From contig CAZNEH010000001.1 of the NCBI GenBank assembly GCA_964572175.1, positions 9,788 to 73,787 of the forward strand: a DNA stretch of 64,000 nucleotides, written 5' to 3'. Position numbers and translations under genes: made by a program. Every line of letters starts with the position of its first letter. Within the stretch, counting starts at the first letter, position 1. The notes beneath the pieces are model-generated. The model searched no databases. It saw only the letters and a list, made by a program, of their open reading frames with translations, and was not told where the DNA came from. This DNA is from an uncultured Gammaproteobacteria bacterium (GTDB lineage Bacteria; Patescibacteriota; Patescibacteriia; UBA9570; CAZNEH01). This document shows, one piece after another, positions 26,242 through 36,777 of the stretch.

Positions 26242-26934
26242 ATGAAAATAAAACAAGATTTAAAAAAATTAGCTGATCCAAAAAGAGCGAAAAGCTCTCA
26301 AGGGTTTTTTAAGACTGGGCCAGGGGAATATGGAGAAGGTGACAAGTTTTGGGGAATTAGAGTTCCTCAACAAAGAGAAGTGGCTAAGAAGTATAAGGAT
26401 TTACCACTAAAGCAAGTAGAAAAATTATTACAAGATAAAGTGCATGAAGTTAGATTAACAGCCTTGTTTATTTTACGGCACCAGTTTAAGAATAACCCAG
26501 ATGAGGCTTATAAGGTTTACATGAAAAATGCTAAGTATTGTAATAACTGGGATTTAGTGGACTCATCTGCGCCGTATATTTCTGGGCCGTATTTATTAGA
26601 TAAAGATCGTAAGGTTTTGTATAAATTTGCTAAGTCGAAGAATTTATGGGAAAAGAGAATTGCCATTATTTCTACTTTTGCTTTTATTAGAGAAAATGAT
26701 TATAAGGATGCCTTGAAATTGGCAGAGATCTTATTAAAAGACGAGCATGATTTAATGCATAAGGCCATTGGATGGATGTTGCGGGAAGTGGGGAATCGAG
26801 ATTTAGCAGTTGAAGAAAAATTTTTGAAAAAACATTATCAAAAAATGCCGCGAACCATGTTGCGGTATGCCATTGAGAAGTTTTCCCCAGCTAAGCGTAA
26901 ATTTTACATGAAAAAGACCCTTGCTAAGAAGTAG
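26242..26934 (+). CDS. DNA alkylation repair protein (AlkD-like)
   Basis: NNWDLVD, LWEKR, KAIGWMLREVG. Confidence 0.9.
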   Translation: MKIKQDLKKLADPKRAKSSQGFFKTGPGEYGEGDKFWGIRVPQQREVAKKYKDLPLKQVEKLLQDKVHEVRLTALFILRHQFKNNPDEAYKVYMKNAKYCNNWDLVDSSAPYISGPYLLDKDRKVLYKFAKSKNLWEKRIAIISTFAFIRENDYKDALKLAEILLKDEHDLMHKAIGWMLREVGNRDLAVEEKFLKKHYQKMPRTMLRYAIEKFSPAKRKFYMKKTLAKK

Positions 26935-26971
26935 GGACTCTGTTATACTTGGCTAAATTAAATGTAAAAAA

Positions 26972-27298
26972 ATGGAATTAGAAGTAAAAATTTTAGAAAA
27001 TGGGAGCGGGGAAAAAGAATCTAAGAATGGTGATCTATTAACAGTTCATTATACTGGAACTTTAAAGGATGGAACTAAATTTGATTCAAGTTTAGATCGT
27101 AAACAGCCGTTTTCTTTTAAAGTTGGTGAAGGTCAAGTTATCGAAGGATGGGACCAAGGATTATTAAGAATGAAGATAGGAGAAAAAAGAAAATTAACTA
27201 TTCCTTCAGAACTTGGTTATGGGCAATCCGGAGCTGGAGATGTGATTCCTCCGGGAGCAGTTTTAATTTTTGAAGTAGAGTTAATCTCTATTAACTAG
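26972..27298 (+). CDS. FKBP-type peptidyl-prolyl isomerase
   Basis: VHYTGTL..FDSS, VIEGWDQG, ELGYG. Confidence 0.95.
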   Translation: MELEVKILENGSGEKESKNGDLLTVHYTGTLKDGTKFDSSLDRKQPFSFKVGEGQVIEGWDQGLLRMKIGEKRKLTIPSELGYGQSGAGDVIPPGAVLIFEVELISIN

Positions 27299-27843
27299 AA
27301 AAAAGATACGCCGTAAGTAATTAAAGTAATAAAAATAATATTACCCAGAATAAGAGGAATAATAATTAGACGAAAAGGAACTTTGATAGCGGCTAAAAAG
27401 GCAGTAACTACGTCATTAGGCAGGGGGGTAAAGGCAGAGTAGAAAAATAAAAATATAGGAACAGTCCAAAGATGTTTTTGATGGACCCACTTATCAATCG
27501 GGTCTATTTTTTTATCTAAATATTCAGGCAAGGCATGGCGGCCTTTTTTACCCAAAAAGAAAAAGATTATATCACCAGAGCCGATGCCCAAACCTCCAAG
27601 AATACCTAAGGCCAGGGGATTAAGGCCTCCAGCGCCTAAAGTGGCGATAGTGGCGTAAAAAAAGCTAGTGGTTAAGAGCGAGCTACCGCCGATTACTGCT
27701 GAGACAAAAGCTAGAATATATCCGTTTTGAACACCAATTAAGTTAACAAAGTTTTCCGGGCCATAATAAAAAACAAATAAGCTCCAGATAATTAAAGCTA
27801 TTAAAATTATAAAAAAGGCTAGATATTTTATATTTTTTTTCAT
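27295..27843 (-). CDS. DedA/VTT-like membrane protein
   Basis: Several TM helices; GDIIFFFLGKKGR; TPLPND. Confidence 0.7.
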   Translation of the reverse strand: MKKNIKYLAFFIILIALIIWSLFVFYYGPENFVNLIGVQNGYILAFVSAVIGGSSLLTTSFFYATIATLGAGGLNPLALGILGGLGIGSGDIIFFFLGKKGRHALPEYLDKKIDPIDKWVHQKHLWTVPIFLFFYSAFTPLPNDVVTAFLAAIKVPFRLIIIPLILGNIIFITLITYGVSFF

Positions 27844-27889
27844 TGTTATAAGTATAGCCTAATTCTTGAATAAAAAAAAGCAGCCCCCA

Positions 27890-28111
27890 CTAGTGGCAGA
27901 TCTCGGAGATCGTTTCGCCACAGCGAGGGCAGTAGAAGGGATAGATGCCAGACGGACGCCAGGCCTTGGTGACACTTCCACGAAGAGCAGTGATGCATTG
28001 GCGGCATCCACGAACCTTGACTTGAAGGACTTGCTTGTCATGGAGCTTGGTTCCGCAGCCGATGCAGAACTTGTTGTCGTTCTGAGAGCTGAATTGGCAG
28101 CATGGCTTCAT
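27890..28111 (-). CDS. GC-rich 73-aa Zn-ribbon protein (solitary cassette)
   Basis: MKPCC...FCIGCG...CRQC...YCPRCG; TTGACT-N16-TAAACT, GGGGGA RBS. Confidence 0.7.
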   Translation of the reverse strand: MKPCCQFSSQNDNKFCIGCGTKLHDKQVLQVKVRGCRQCITALRGSVTKAWRPSGIYPFYCPRCGETISEICH

Positions 28112-28242
28112 GAGTTCCCCCTGAAAGAGCTTGAGTTGTACCAAGTTTACTAGAAATAGAGATAAAGTCAAATTGTGGATAAGATTTTGGGGATATGGTA
28201 TACTAAAAGAGTATTAATTTAAAATAATTAACTTAAAAAATT

Positions 28243-30378
28243 ATGTGGAGGAAAGCATTGTTTTTAGGCGCTATTCTTAGCGTTGTTTTTGTATTTCCCT
28301 TTGCCATGCAAGCAGCGGTAAGCACATCTGTTGATTTGTATGGAGGGTATGTAGAAGACGTAGTAATTGGGCCTAGTGGGGAGTTTATGGTCTTAACTAT
28401 GTCTCCTAATGGAGCGTGGCTTAGCACAGATGGATCTTCTTATACAGGTCCAGACAGTTCGACTCATGATATGGGTAATTGTACAGCTGGAGGAGCAGAT
28501 GCAAATTATTTTTATGCTGATTGCGGAATCGAGCTTTGGCAAAGTGGTGACGGTCTTATTTGGACAGATACAGGTCTAAGTAATGTTGGGCAATATGTCT
28601 ATGTTGATGACAATAGAATTATTCAGGTAATGAGAGGTAGTGACGAATATATGACTTTGGCGATTTCTGAAGATCAAGGAGCAACCTGGACAGAAGCAAC
28701 TGTTACTGGAGTAGAAAATATAGTAGACATGTCTTTTGCTGGAGATGTTGGCTATATGGTGGCTACTTTAAGTAGTGAATATGAAATTTATAAGACTACT
28801 GACGGAGGAGCTACTTGGTCTGGAACTGGCTATACTATTAGCAGTGGAACAAATTTTAGTATTGCCACTAAAGCATCTGATGATAGCTATGTAGGTTTAA
28901 GAGTTGATGATAGCGGTTATCTTTCTACTGATGGAGGTAGTAGTTTTACTGATTTAGGATTATCTATGGCTGGAGAGATGCAGTTTGTAGGAGATACTTT
29001 ATGGTCTGGTTTAGATTCTACAGATGATGATGGAGCTACTTGGACCCAAAGAGACGGAGGAGATGTGGCTGTAGGTGTAAATGATGTGGCGATTAGCGGA
29101 AGCACAATTTTAGCAGGAACAGGCTTAGGAACAGCCATTTCTACAGATGATGGAACTACTTGGACTGAGGCAACCGATGGTATTGAGGCTTTGGAAGTTG
29201 AGCAAATTGCTCAAAAAACAGGAGATAGAGACAAGGTTATTTTAGCAATTTATGGAGGAGTAGCTAGAACAGAGAATTTTACAGATAGCAATCCAACTTG
29301 GGTCTTAGATACTGAAGTTGGTTCTTCCACAGCTGTATTTTATGGAACAGATATAGCCTTAGTCGGAGCTTCAGAAAATATTTATTATTCTACTGATGAT
29401 GGAGTTACCTGGACTTCTGCAGGGCCAGCCGGAGGAACAGTTACTGACTTTATTAGAAGCGACAGTGTTTATTATGCGGCTTATAATGGAGGGGTTCTTT
29501 CTAGCGCAGATGGAATTACTTGGACAGATTTTGGGTTAAATGGTTATGCAGTTAATGCCATAGCTAAGACTAGTAATGAAAGATTTTATGCTGTAATTGG
29601 AGGAGAGGCAAATACTACTGGAGCTAATTCAGGGATTTATAAATACAATGGTAGTAGCTGGAGTCAAGTATATAGCGGAGGTTTTTATACTGATATAGAA
29701 GTAGTTGATAATATCAAAGGAAGTAATGTGGTTTATGCTGTATCTGCAGTTTCTGGAGATAGTGAATTCGGAGAAGTAATTATGTCTACTGATTATGGAA
29801 CAAGCTGGGATGATATAACAGCTAATGGCTTGGCTACAGATGGATGGTTTCATCAAGTAGTGGCCCAAGGAAACAATAAAGATGTTTTATATGTTTCTAC
29901 AGCTCGACCAGCGGGAACAGGAACTATTTATAAAACTTTAGATGGTGGTGATACTTGGAGTTTATTTCTTACTGGTTTAAGAGATGAAACTTTCCAAGCT
30001 ATGTATTGGGATGATCTAATGGTTGGGTCTAACGCTGGATTAATGAATGTTAATTCTGAAGCAAAGATTGCAGTAACTAGAACTAAGAAAAAAGTTAAAT
30101 CTGGAAATAAGTCTAGATTAAAAGTAACTTTGACTGATAAAGACACTGGAGATGCTTTAGCTAATAAGCCAGTTAAGCTTTATAGAAGATATAAAACTAC
30201 TGGAACTTGGAAATTATTAAAAACAAAGAAAACTGGAGCTAAAGGAAAAACTAATTTTTACAGAAAGATAACTAAGAAGACTTACTTTAAAGTAAGTTGG
30301 AAACCAGTTAAGGCAGCGGTTAAGAGAGCTTATGGCTCTAGTGCTTATAAAAAGTTGACTAATGTGAAGATTAAATAA
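28243..30378 (+). CDS. Secreted BNR/YCF48-like beta-propeller protein with basic C-terminal domain
   Basis: Repeated S/TxDGGxTW motifs; signal peptide. Confidence 0.85.
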   Translation: MWRKALFLGAILSVVFVFPFAMQAAVSTSVDLYGGYVEDVVIGPSGEFMVLTMSPNGAWLSTDGSSYTGPDSSTHDMGNCTAGGADANYFYADCGIELWQSGDGLIWTDTGLSNVGQYVYVDDNRIIQVMRGSDEYMTLAISEDQGATWTEATVTGVENIVDMSFAGDVGYMVATLSSEYEIYKTTDGGATWSGTGYTISSGTNFSIATKASDDSYVGLRVDDSGYLSTDGGSSFTDLGLSMAGEMQFVGDTLWSGLDSTDDDGATWTQRDGGDVAVGVNDVAISGSTILAGTGLGTAISTDDGTTWTEATDGIEALEVEQIAQKTGDRDKVILAIYGGVARTENFTDSNPTWVLDTEVGSSTAVFYGTDIALVGASENIYYSTDDGVTWTSAGPAGGTVTDFIRSDSVYYAAYNGGVLSSADGITWTDFGLNGYAVNAIAKTSNERFYAVIGGEANTTGANSGIYKYNGSSWSQVYSGGFYTDIEVVDNIKGSNVVYAVSAVSGDSEFGEVIMSTDYGTSWDDITANGLATDGWFHQVVAQGNNKDVLYVSTARPAGTGTIYKTLDGGDTWSLFLTGLRDETFQAMYWDDLMVGSNAGLMNVNSEAKIAVTRTKKKVKSGNKSRLKVTLTDKDTGDALANKPVKLYRRYKTTGTWKLLKTKKTGAKGKTNFYRKITKKTYFKVSWKPVKAAVKRAYGSSAYKKLTNVKIK

Positions 30379-32302
30379 TCTTTTTCACAATATCTTCCGG
30401 AGTAAATCCGGCTAGCTGGAAAACATCATCTGGTTGGCCGGATTTTAAGTATGTGTTAATACCTAAGGTTCTTTTCTGGTAATTATTTGGAAGAATAAAT
30501 GGATTTAAGAAGTCTTTCCAGCCGTTATGAAGAGTGATTAAGGTTTTTCTTTCTTGGTCAGTAATGATTTTTGGTTTGTGTTCTAAGTAAAGCTCAGGAG
30601 AGGTGACGGCAATAATTTTAATGTTTTTCTTTTTTTCTATAGCTGGTAAAGCTTTTAAAAGATTATCCATCATTTTACCTCCGCAGACAGCAATTACTTG
30701 TTTAGGTTTATTATTTTTTTTGTAATTTTTAAGAATATAAGCTCCTTGAGTGGCAAGTTTAGCGTTGTGTTTGAAAACAGGAGTATCGACGCGGCTAAGA
30801 GATAGGATCACTGGCTCTTGTTTGGCGATAGCGTGAAACATCATGGTCACTAGATCATTAGCGTCTAAAGGTTTGTAAACTTTAATGCCTGGATAAGCTT
30901 GAAATAGAGACATCCAATACATTCCTTGGTGAGTAGGGCCGTCTTCACCTGTTTCAGGGCCGTCATGAGAGGCTAGGGCCACGAAAAAGCCTTTATTTTC
31001 AATTAAGCTCATGCGAATAGAGTTAGCCATCATGGGAGTAAAGACAGCAAAAGTGCCGAACACGCTCATTGGTTTAAAACCGCCTGGTAAAGTGTCTTGA
31101 GTTAGAGCAGAGGAGAACATGGCCATGTTTTGTTCGGCAATGCCAAATCTAATACCTCGGCCATATTTATTTTTTTTGTTGATTAGGCCGTAAACTTCTT
31201 CGGCGGCAGTAGTGTAAGTAGACTTAGCTACGTCTCCAGAACCAGTGTATAAAAATCCAGTTTGTTCCATTAACCATTTGAAAAATATTTTACTGGCTTT
31301 ACGAGTAGCAGTTGGCTCGGTAAAAATTAATTCTTTTGGTAATTTTTTAGGACGCTTAATGTCTTGAGGATTTACTAAGGGCTTATTTTTTAGTTTAATT
31401 TTTTGTTTTGGAAGTTTTTTATTAATTAAATTAATAAAGTAATCTGTATCGTCTGATGATGTTTTTAATTTTTTTATAATTTTTTTGTATTCTTTGGTGT
31501 CGATGGCTTTGCCATGAGAGTCAGCGGTGTTAGCTAGGCTGCCGTAATGCTTTCCTTTGATGGTGTGACATATAACAACGCAGGGGCCTTTTATTTTTAC
31601 AGCTTGTTTGTAAGCGTGGATAAGTTGGAGGATGTTATGGCCGTCGACTTCAATAACATTCCAGCCCAAGCCAAGCCAATGCTCGACATAATCAGAGCTA
31701 ATAACTTCGTTGATGTTTCCGTCAATGCCATAGTGATTATAATCTAAAGAAACAAATAAATTTTTTAAGTCTAAAGACTTGGCCAAGTTGCGAGCTTCGT
31801 AAGTGATTCCTTCTTCTGATTCAGCGTCGCCCATCATAACGAAAACTTTAGTATCAAGGCCGCAAGATTGATGAGTTGTGGCTAGGCCGCAAGCTCCGGC
31901 AAAACCATGGCCAGAAGAGCCAGTGGATAAATCTGATAAAGGGTATTGTGATTCAGCGTGTCCGGGTAATCCATCGACAGTGCGAAAACTTTTTAAATCA
32001 ATATTTTTATCCCATAAAGCCAGGGTGCTATATAAAAGAGGAGTGCAATGGCCGGCAGACCAAACTAAGCGGTCGCGGTTAGGGTTTTTAGGATCCTTAG
32101 GATCGAATTTAATAACACCGCTAGCTAGTAAGGCGATTAGTTGTTCGGTTTTAGATGAAGACCCGCCTGGATGGCCAGACTTAGCTGCTTCTACGGCCAT
32201 AAAAGAGTTTTGACGAATAAGCTTGGCAATGTTTTTTAGCTTATTAATGTCTATTCCCTTAATAGGCTTTAGTTTTTGTTTTTTGAGGTTAATATGTTTC
32301 AT
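30371..32302 (-). CDS. tkt: Transketolase
   Basis: SGHPGGS, GDAESEEG TPP motif, GIAEQNM, GEDGPTHQ. Confidence 0.9.
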   Translation of the reverse strand: MKHINLKKQKLKPIKGIDINKLKNIAKLIRQNSFMAVEAAKSGHPGGSSSKTEQLIALLASGVIKFDPKDPKNPNRDRLVWSAGHCTPLLYSTLALWDKNIDLKSFRTVDGLPGHAESQYPLSDLSTGSSGHGFAGACGLATTHQSCGLDTKVFVMMGDAESEEGITYEARNLAKSLDLKNLFVSLDYNHYGIDGNINEVISSDYVEHWLGLGWNVIEVDGHNILQLIHAYKQAVKIKGPCVVICHTIKGKHYGSLANTADSHGKAIDTKEYKKIIKKLKTSSDDTDYFINLINKKLPKQKIKLKNKPLVNPQDIKRPKKLPKELIFTEPTATRKASKIFFKWLMEQTGFLYTGSGDVAKSTYTTAAEEVYGLINKKNKYGRGIRFGIAEQNMAMFSSALTQDTLPGGFKPMSVFGTFAVFTPMMANSIRMSLIENKGFFVALASHDGPETGEDGPTHQGMYWMSLFQAYPGIKVYKPLDANDLVTMMFHAIAKQEPVILSLSRVDTPVFKHNAKLATQGAYILKNYKKNNKPKQVIAVCGGKMMDNLLKALPAIEKKKNIKIIAVTSPELYLEHKPKIITDQERKTLITLHNGWKDFLNPFILPNNYQKRTLGINTYLKSGQPDDVFQLAGFTPEDIVKKII

Positions 32303-32347
32303 AGTTTTATTATAGCATAAGTAATCATTTTATGTTATAATATTTTT

Positions 32348-33247
32348 ATGTGGATTATTATTGTTATCATTGCGCATTTTTTAAATGCCATTAACTATGT
32401 TATAGACAAGCTTTTGTTAAATAAGTTTGTCCGCAGTCCGATTGTGTATGCTTTTATGATCGGAGTGCTGGGAATGTTAGCTATGGGGGCTTTGCCTTGG
32501 GCTTGGTACTTGCCGACTTTAAGTCAGTTTATCGTTGATGCTTTAGCTGGGGTGGCTTTGATTTTGGCCTTGTTGTTTTTCTTTAAATCTTTACAAATCG
32601 GAGAGACTTCTAGAGTAGTGCCTTTGATTGGTGGGCTTATTCCTGTTTTTACTTTTATATTGTCTTATATATTTTTAGCTGAAAGACTAGCTACTAAAGA
32701 ATTAATTGCTTTTGGATTATTATTAGTCGGGAGTATTTTAATTAGCTTAATGGAAGGTGGTAGTAAGAAAAAACGTGAGATGATTCGACTAGGTTATATT
32801 TATGGAGTGGCTGCGGCGTTGTTATTTGCGGCTTCTTTTGTGCTAACAAAATATGCTTATATAGAACAAGAGTTTTTAAGCGCCTTTATTTGGATTAGAG
32901 TAGGGTCGTTTATGGTGGTGCTGGCTTTTTTAGTGTCTAAGAAGAAAAGAAAAATGATTTTAAGCAGTTTTAAGGGGGTAAGTAATAAAGTGCGTTTAGT
33001 TTTTGTTGGTAATCAGGCTATCGGAGCGGCAGCTTATGTGTTGCTGAATTATGCTATTTCTTTGGCTAGTGTGTCGTTGATTAATGCTTTACAAGGAATT
33101 CAGTATGTTTTCTTAGTAGTGGCCATGGCTATTTTAGTAAAAGTTTTTCCAAAATATTTCAAAGAAAAAATAACTGCCGGAATTGTGATTCAGAAAGTAA
33201 TCGCTATAATATTAATTGGCGGTGGTTTATTTTTCTTAGCTTATTAA
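32348..33247 (+). CDS. EamA/DMT transporter
   Basis: About ten TM helices with duplicated halves. Confidence 0.85.
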   Translation: MWIIIVIIAHFLNAINYVIDKLLLNKFVRSPIVYAFMIGVLGMLAMGALPWAWYLPTLSQFIVDALAGVALILALLFFFKSLQIGETSRVVPLIGGLIPVFTFILSYIFLAERLATKELIAFGLLLVGSILISLMEGGSKKKREMIRLGYIYGVAAALLFAASFVLTKYAYIEQEFLSAFIWIRVGSFMVVLAFLVSKKKRKMILSSFKGVSNKVRLVFVGNQAIGAAAYVLLNYAISLASVSLINALQGIQYVFLVVAMAILVKVFPKYFKEKITAGIVIQKVIAIILIGGGLFFLAY

Positions 33248-33250
33248 AAT

Positions 33251-34264
33251 ATGAAACATCATTTTAAAGTTCGGAGGAGATTTTTGTTGATAGTTATGGT
33301 TTCTTTTTGTTCTATAATTATTTTAGGCTGTTTTTTCTTAACTGGTTTTAAATTAGAAGAAAAAGACAATGAGCCGATTTACGGAGCTAATTTAAGTCGG
33401 ATTCAAGCTCAAGAGTATGGTTTAGATTATGGAGAGCTTTATTTAGCAGTGCTAGATGATTTAAAGGTTAAGAAGTTAAGATTGCCAAGCTATTGGTCTC
33501 AGATCGCGGCTACAGAAGGAGAGTATCATTGGGGAGATTTGGACTGGGAACTGCAAGAAGCAAGTAAGCGAGGAGTGGAAGTAATTTTAGTAGTTGGTAA
33601 ACGTCAGCCGCGGTGGCCAGAGTGTCATCTTCCAGGGTGGGCAGAAGAATTAAGTGAAGAAGAATTAAATAGCGAGACTTTAAAATTTGTTGAGGCAACT
33701 GTAGAAAGATATAAATATCATGATGCCATTAAAATTTGGCAAGTAGAAAATGAGCCATTGTTAAACATATTTGGAGAATGTCCCTATCGAGGAACCACGG
33801 AAGTTTTAGAAGAAGAAGTAGAATTGGTTAAGCGCTTAGATCCAAGTCGGCCAGTGCTGGTGACGGAGAGTGGGGAGCTTAGTAGTTGGCAAAGATCAAC
33901 TAAACATAGTGATATTTTAGGAATTAGTGTTTATCGATTGGTTTGGAATAAATATTTAGGATTTTTACGTTGGCCGATTACTCCTGGGCATTACGGCAGA
34001 AAATACGATTTAGTGAGTTGGAAGTCTGATGATTTTATTGTTACAGAGTTGCAAACAGAGCCTTGGGCGCCGGAAAGCGTGTTAAATTTAAGTATATATG
34101 ATCAATTAGGGCAGATTGATGCTCAAGAATTATCAGAAAGGGCTGAGTTTACCAGATTAACTGGAGCTAGTGAGATATATTTTTGGGGAATAGAATGGTT
34201 TTATTGGTTAAAGACAACCCATGATAATGATTCTTTATGGGAAGAAGCTAGACAATATTTTTAA
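33251..34264 (+). CDS. Glycoside hydrolase, clan A-like
   Basis: WQVENEP acid/base and VTELQTEPW nucleophile motifs. Confidence 0.8.
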   Translation: MKHHFKVRRRFLLIVMVSFCSIIILGCFFLTGFKLEEKDNEPIYGANLSRIQAQEYGLDYGELYLAVLDDLKVKKLRLPSYWSQIAATEGEYHWGDLDWELQEASKRGVEVILVVGKRQPRWPECHLPGWAEELSEEELNSETLKFVEATVERYKYHDAIKIWQVENEPLLNIFGECPYRGTTEVLEEEVELVKRLDPSRPVLVTESGELSSWQRSTKHSDILGISVYRLVWNKYLGFLRWPITPGHYGRKYDLVSWKSDDFIVTELQTEPWAPESVLNLSIYDQLGQIDAQELSERAEFTRLTGASEIYFWGIEWFYWLKTTHDNDSLWEEARQYF

Positions 34265-34287
34265 ATTCTTGTATAATTGCTTAAAAT

Positions 34288-36777
34288 ATGGATGAAGGAA
34301 TGTTATTTTTTGGCCTAGTTTTAGTGGCTTTTACTTGCTACGCTGGGTTTAAGTTTAAATCTCGAGCCATGCGTTATATTGGCTTGTTTTTTAGTATTGT
34401 TATCGCTTTATTTTTTCTTTTGAATAATATTGCCTTTGCTCAAACTGATTTTGATTTAAGTGAATTAAATCAGTTTACAGGAGAGGATTTAGCTGATTTT
34501 GCAGGAAAAAGCGTTAGTTATGCTGGGGACGTAGATGGTGATGGATATAATGATTTTATAGTTGGGGCTGATCAGAATGATGATGGCGGAAATCAAGCCG
34601 GAGCAGCTTATTTAATTTATGGGCAGTCTGAAGAATATTCTTCATTAACTGATTTATCAACGGTAGCTAAATTTATTGGAGAAGCAGGTGGTGATTATGC
34701 TGGAAAAAGCGTTAGTTATGCTGGGGACGTAGATGGTGATGGATATGATGATTTTTTAATTGGAGCTTATTTAAATGATGATGCCGGAAGTCAGGCCGGA
34801 GCAGCTTACTTAATTTATGGGCAAAGCGATAAGTATACAGGAGATATTGATTTGTCTACTAAGGCACAATTTACCGGAGAGGCAATTGATGATTATGCGG
34901 GGGTAAATGTATCCTCGGCTGGTGATGTAGATGGTGATGGATATGATGACTTTTTAGTTGGGTCTAGTAGAAATGGAGATGGAGCAAGTAAAGCTGGTGC
35001 AGCTTATTTAATTTATGGACAAAGCGCTGATTATACTGGAACAATTAGCTTGTCTACTAGGGCACAATTTACTGGAGAGGCAATTGATGATTATGCTAGT
35101 AAGGTTTCAGCAGCTGGAGACGTAGACAATGATGGGTATGATGATTTTTTAGTTGGATCTAAAGATAATGATGACGGAGGAAGCGGTGCTGGTGCAGCTT
35201 ATTTAATTTATGGACAAAGCGCTGATTATACTGGAACAATTAGCTTGTCTACTAGGGCACAATTTACCGGAGAGGCAGCTGGTGATTCTTCGGGAGTATC
35301 TGTTGCTGCGGCCGGTGATGTTGATAATGACGGATACGATGATATTTTAATTGGAGCATTTTTAAATGACGATGGTGGAAGTCAAGCTGGAGCAGTTTAT
35401 TTAATATATGGCCAAAGCGCCGATTATACTGGAACGTCTAACTTGTCTACTAAAGCACAATTTACCGGAGAGGCAGCTGGTGATGACGCAGGGGTAAGTG
35501 TAGCTTCGGCTGGAGATGTTGATAATGATGGGTACGATGATTTTTTAGTAGGAGCTTATTTAAATGATGCTGGTGGAGATATTGCCGGAGCAGCTTATTT
35601 AATTTATGGGCAAAGCGCGGATTATACAGGAACAGCTAGTTTGTCTACTAAGGATAAGTTTATTGGAGAAGAATCATTGGATTATGCAGGAATAAGCGTA
35701 TCGACAGCTGGTGATATTAATAATGATGGTTATAGTGATATTTTAATAGGGGCTTATCAAAATAGTGAGGGTGGAAGTCTGGCTGGAGCAGCTTATGTGG
35801 GTTATTTGCATATTGATTTAGATGGAGACGGGGTAACAGCTACTACTAGCTTAATTGCCGGAACTGATTGTAATGATAATGACGCAGCAATTTCTGCTAA
35901 TCAAACTTATTATCAGGATTCAGATGGCGATGGTTATGGCTCAGACACTACTACTTCGGTTTGTTCTTTAACAGCGCCGACAGGCTATGTGGCTAACTCA
36001 GATGATGCTAATGACAATGATTATGATAATGATGGCTCAGAAACCGGAACTGATTGCGATGATACTGATGATACTATTAGTGAGAATCAAACTTATTATC
36101 TAGATTCAGATGGAAATGGGTATGGTGATCCAGCAGAGACCACAGAGGTTTGTTCTTATACTGTGCCAGATGGTTATGCGTCTGAGGCTCGACTAGATGT
36201 GCCAGAAAATTTAGTTAATACAGACAGAGGAATTTATAAGGCTACTTTAGGTTGGGATGAAGTTAGTGATGTAGAAAGTTATAATATTAGATATAGAAAG
36301 TCTTCTGAATCAAGCTATACGACTACTACTAGTTCTATAAATAGTGTGGAGTTGGAAGATTTAGAAAATGCGGGAAAATATTATTGGCAAGTACAGGGGG
36401 TATCTGGTAGTTATACTTCAGAATGGACAGATGGAAAAAGATTAGTAACTTATCCAAGAAAGATAACTAAGTCTGAATTTACTTTTCCTAAGTCTGATAG
36501 AAAAGCAAAGAAGCTTAGAATAAAAATAGAGACTATGGCTAAAAGAGTGACTGGTTTTAATATTTTAGTTTATAAAAAGAAGAGTGGAAAGTGGAGTAAA
36601 ATAGAAACAGTTAAAAGATCTAATGATAGTTCTAAGAATTATGTTTATAAATATATTACTGGGTTAAAGCCAGATACTAAATATAAGTTTGAAGTAAAAG
36701 CTAGGAGAACTATTGGTTCAACTAAATACTTAAGTCAGAACGTAGCCACCAGATATATTACGACTAAATCGCTATGA
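34288..36777 (+). CDS. Integrin-alpha/FG-GAP repeat surface protein with MopE-like repeats and FN3 domains
   Basis: Seven AGDVDGDGYDD..GAAYLIYG repeats. Confidence 0.9.
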   Translation: MDEGMLFFGLVLVAFTCYAGFKFKSRAMRYIGLFFSIVIALFFLLNNIAFAQTDFDLSELNQFTGEDLADFAGKSVSYAGDVDGDGYNDFIVGADQNDDGGNQAGAAYLIYGQSEEYSSLTDLSTVAKFIGEAGGDYAGKSVSYAGDVDGDGYDDFLIGAYLNDDAGSQAGAAYLIYGQSDKYTGDIDLSTKAQFTGEAIDDYAGVNVSSAGDVDGDGYDDFLVGSSRNGDGASKAGAAYLIYGQSADYTGTISLSTRAQFTGEAIDDYASKVSAAGDVDNDGYDDFLVGSKDNDDGGSGAGAAYLIYGQSADYTGTISLSTRAQFTGEAAGDSSGVSVAAAGDVDNDGYDDILIGAFLNDDGGSQAGAVYLIYGQSADYTGTSNLSTKAQFTGEAAGDDAGVSVASAGDVDNDGYDDFLVGAYLNDAGGDIAGAAYLIYGQSADYTGTASLSTKDKFIGEESLDYAGISVSTAGDINNDGYSDILIGAYQNSEGGSLAGAAYVGYLHIDLDGDGVTATTSLIAGTDCNDNDAAISANQTYYQDSDGDGYGSDTTTSVCSLTAPTGYVANSDDANDNDYDNDGSETGTDCDDTDDTISENQTYYLDSDGNGYGDPAETTEVCSYTVPDGYASEARLDVPENLVNTDRGIYKATLGWDEVSDVESYNIRYRKSSESSYTTTTSSINSVELEDLENAGKYYWQVQGVSGSYTSEWTDGKRLVTYPRKITKSEFTFPKSDRKAKKLRIKIETMAKRVTGFNILVYKKKSGKWSKIETVKRSNDSSKNYVYKYITGLKPDTKYKFEVKARRTIGSTKYLSQNVATRYITTKSL

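Noticed and set aside
34990-35270. Diversity-generating retroelement TR/VR pair
   Set aside because: The repeats are in-frame FG-GAP units without adenine-specific mismatches, and there is no reverse transcriptase in the window.
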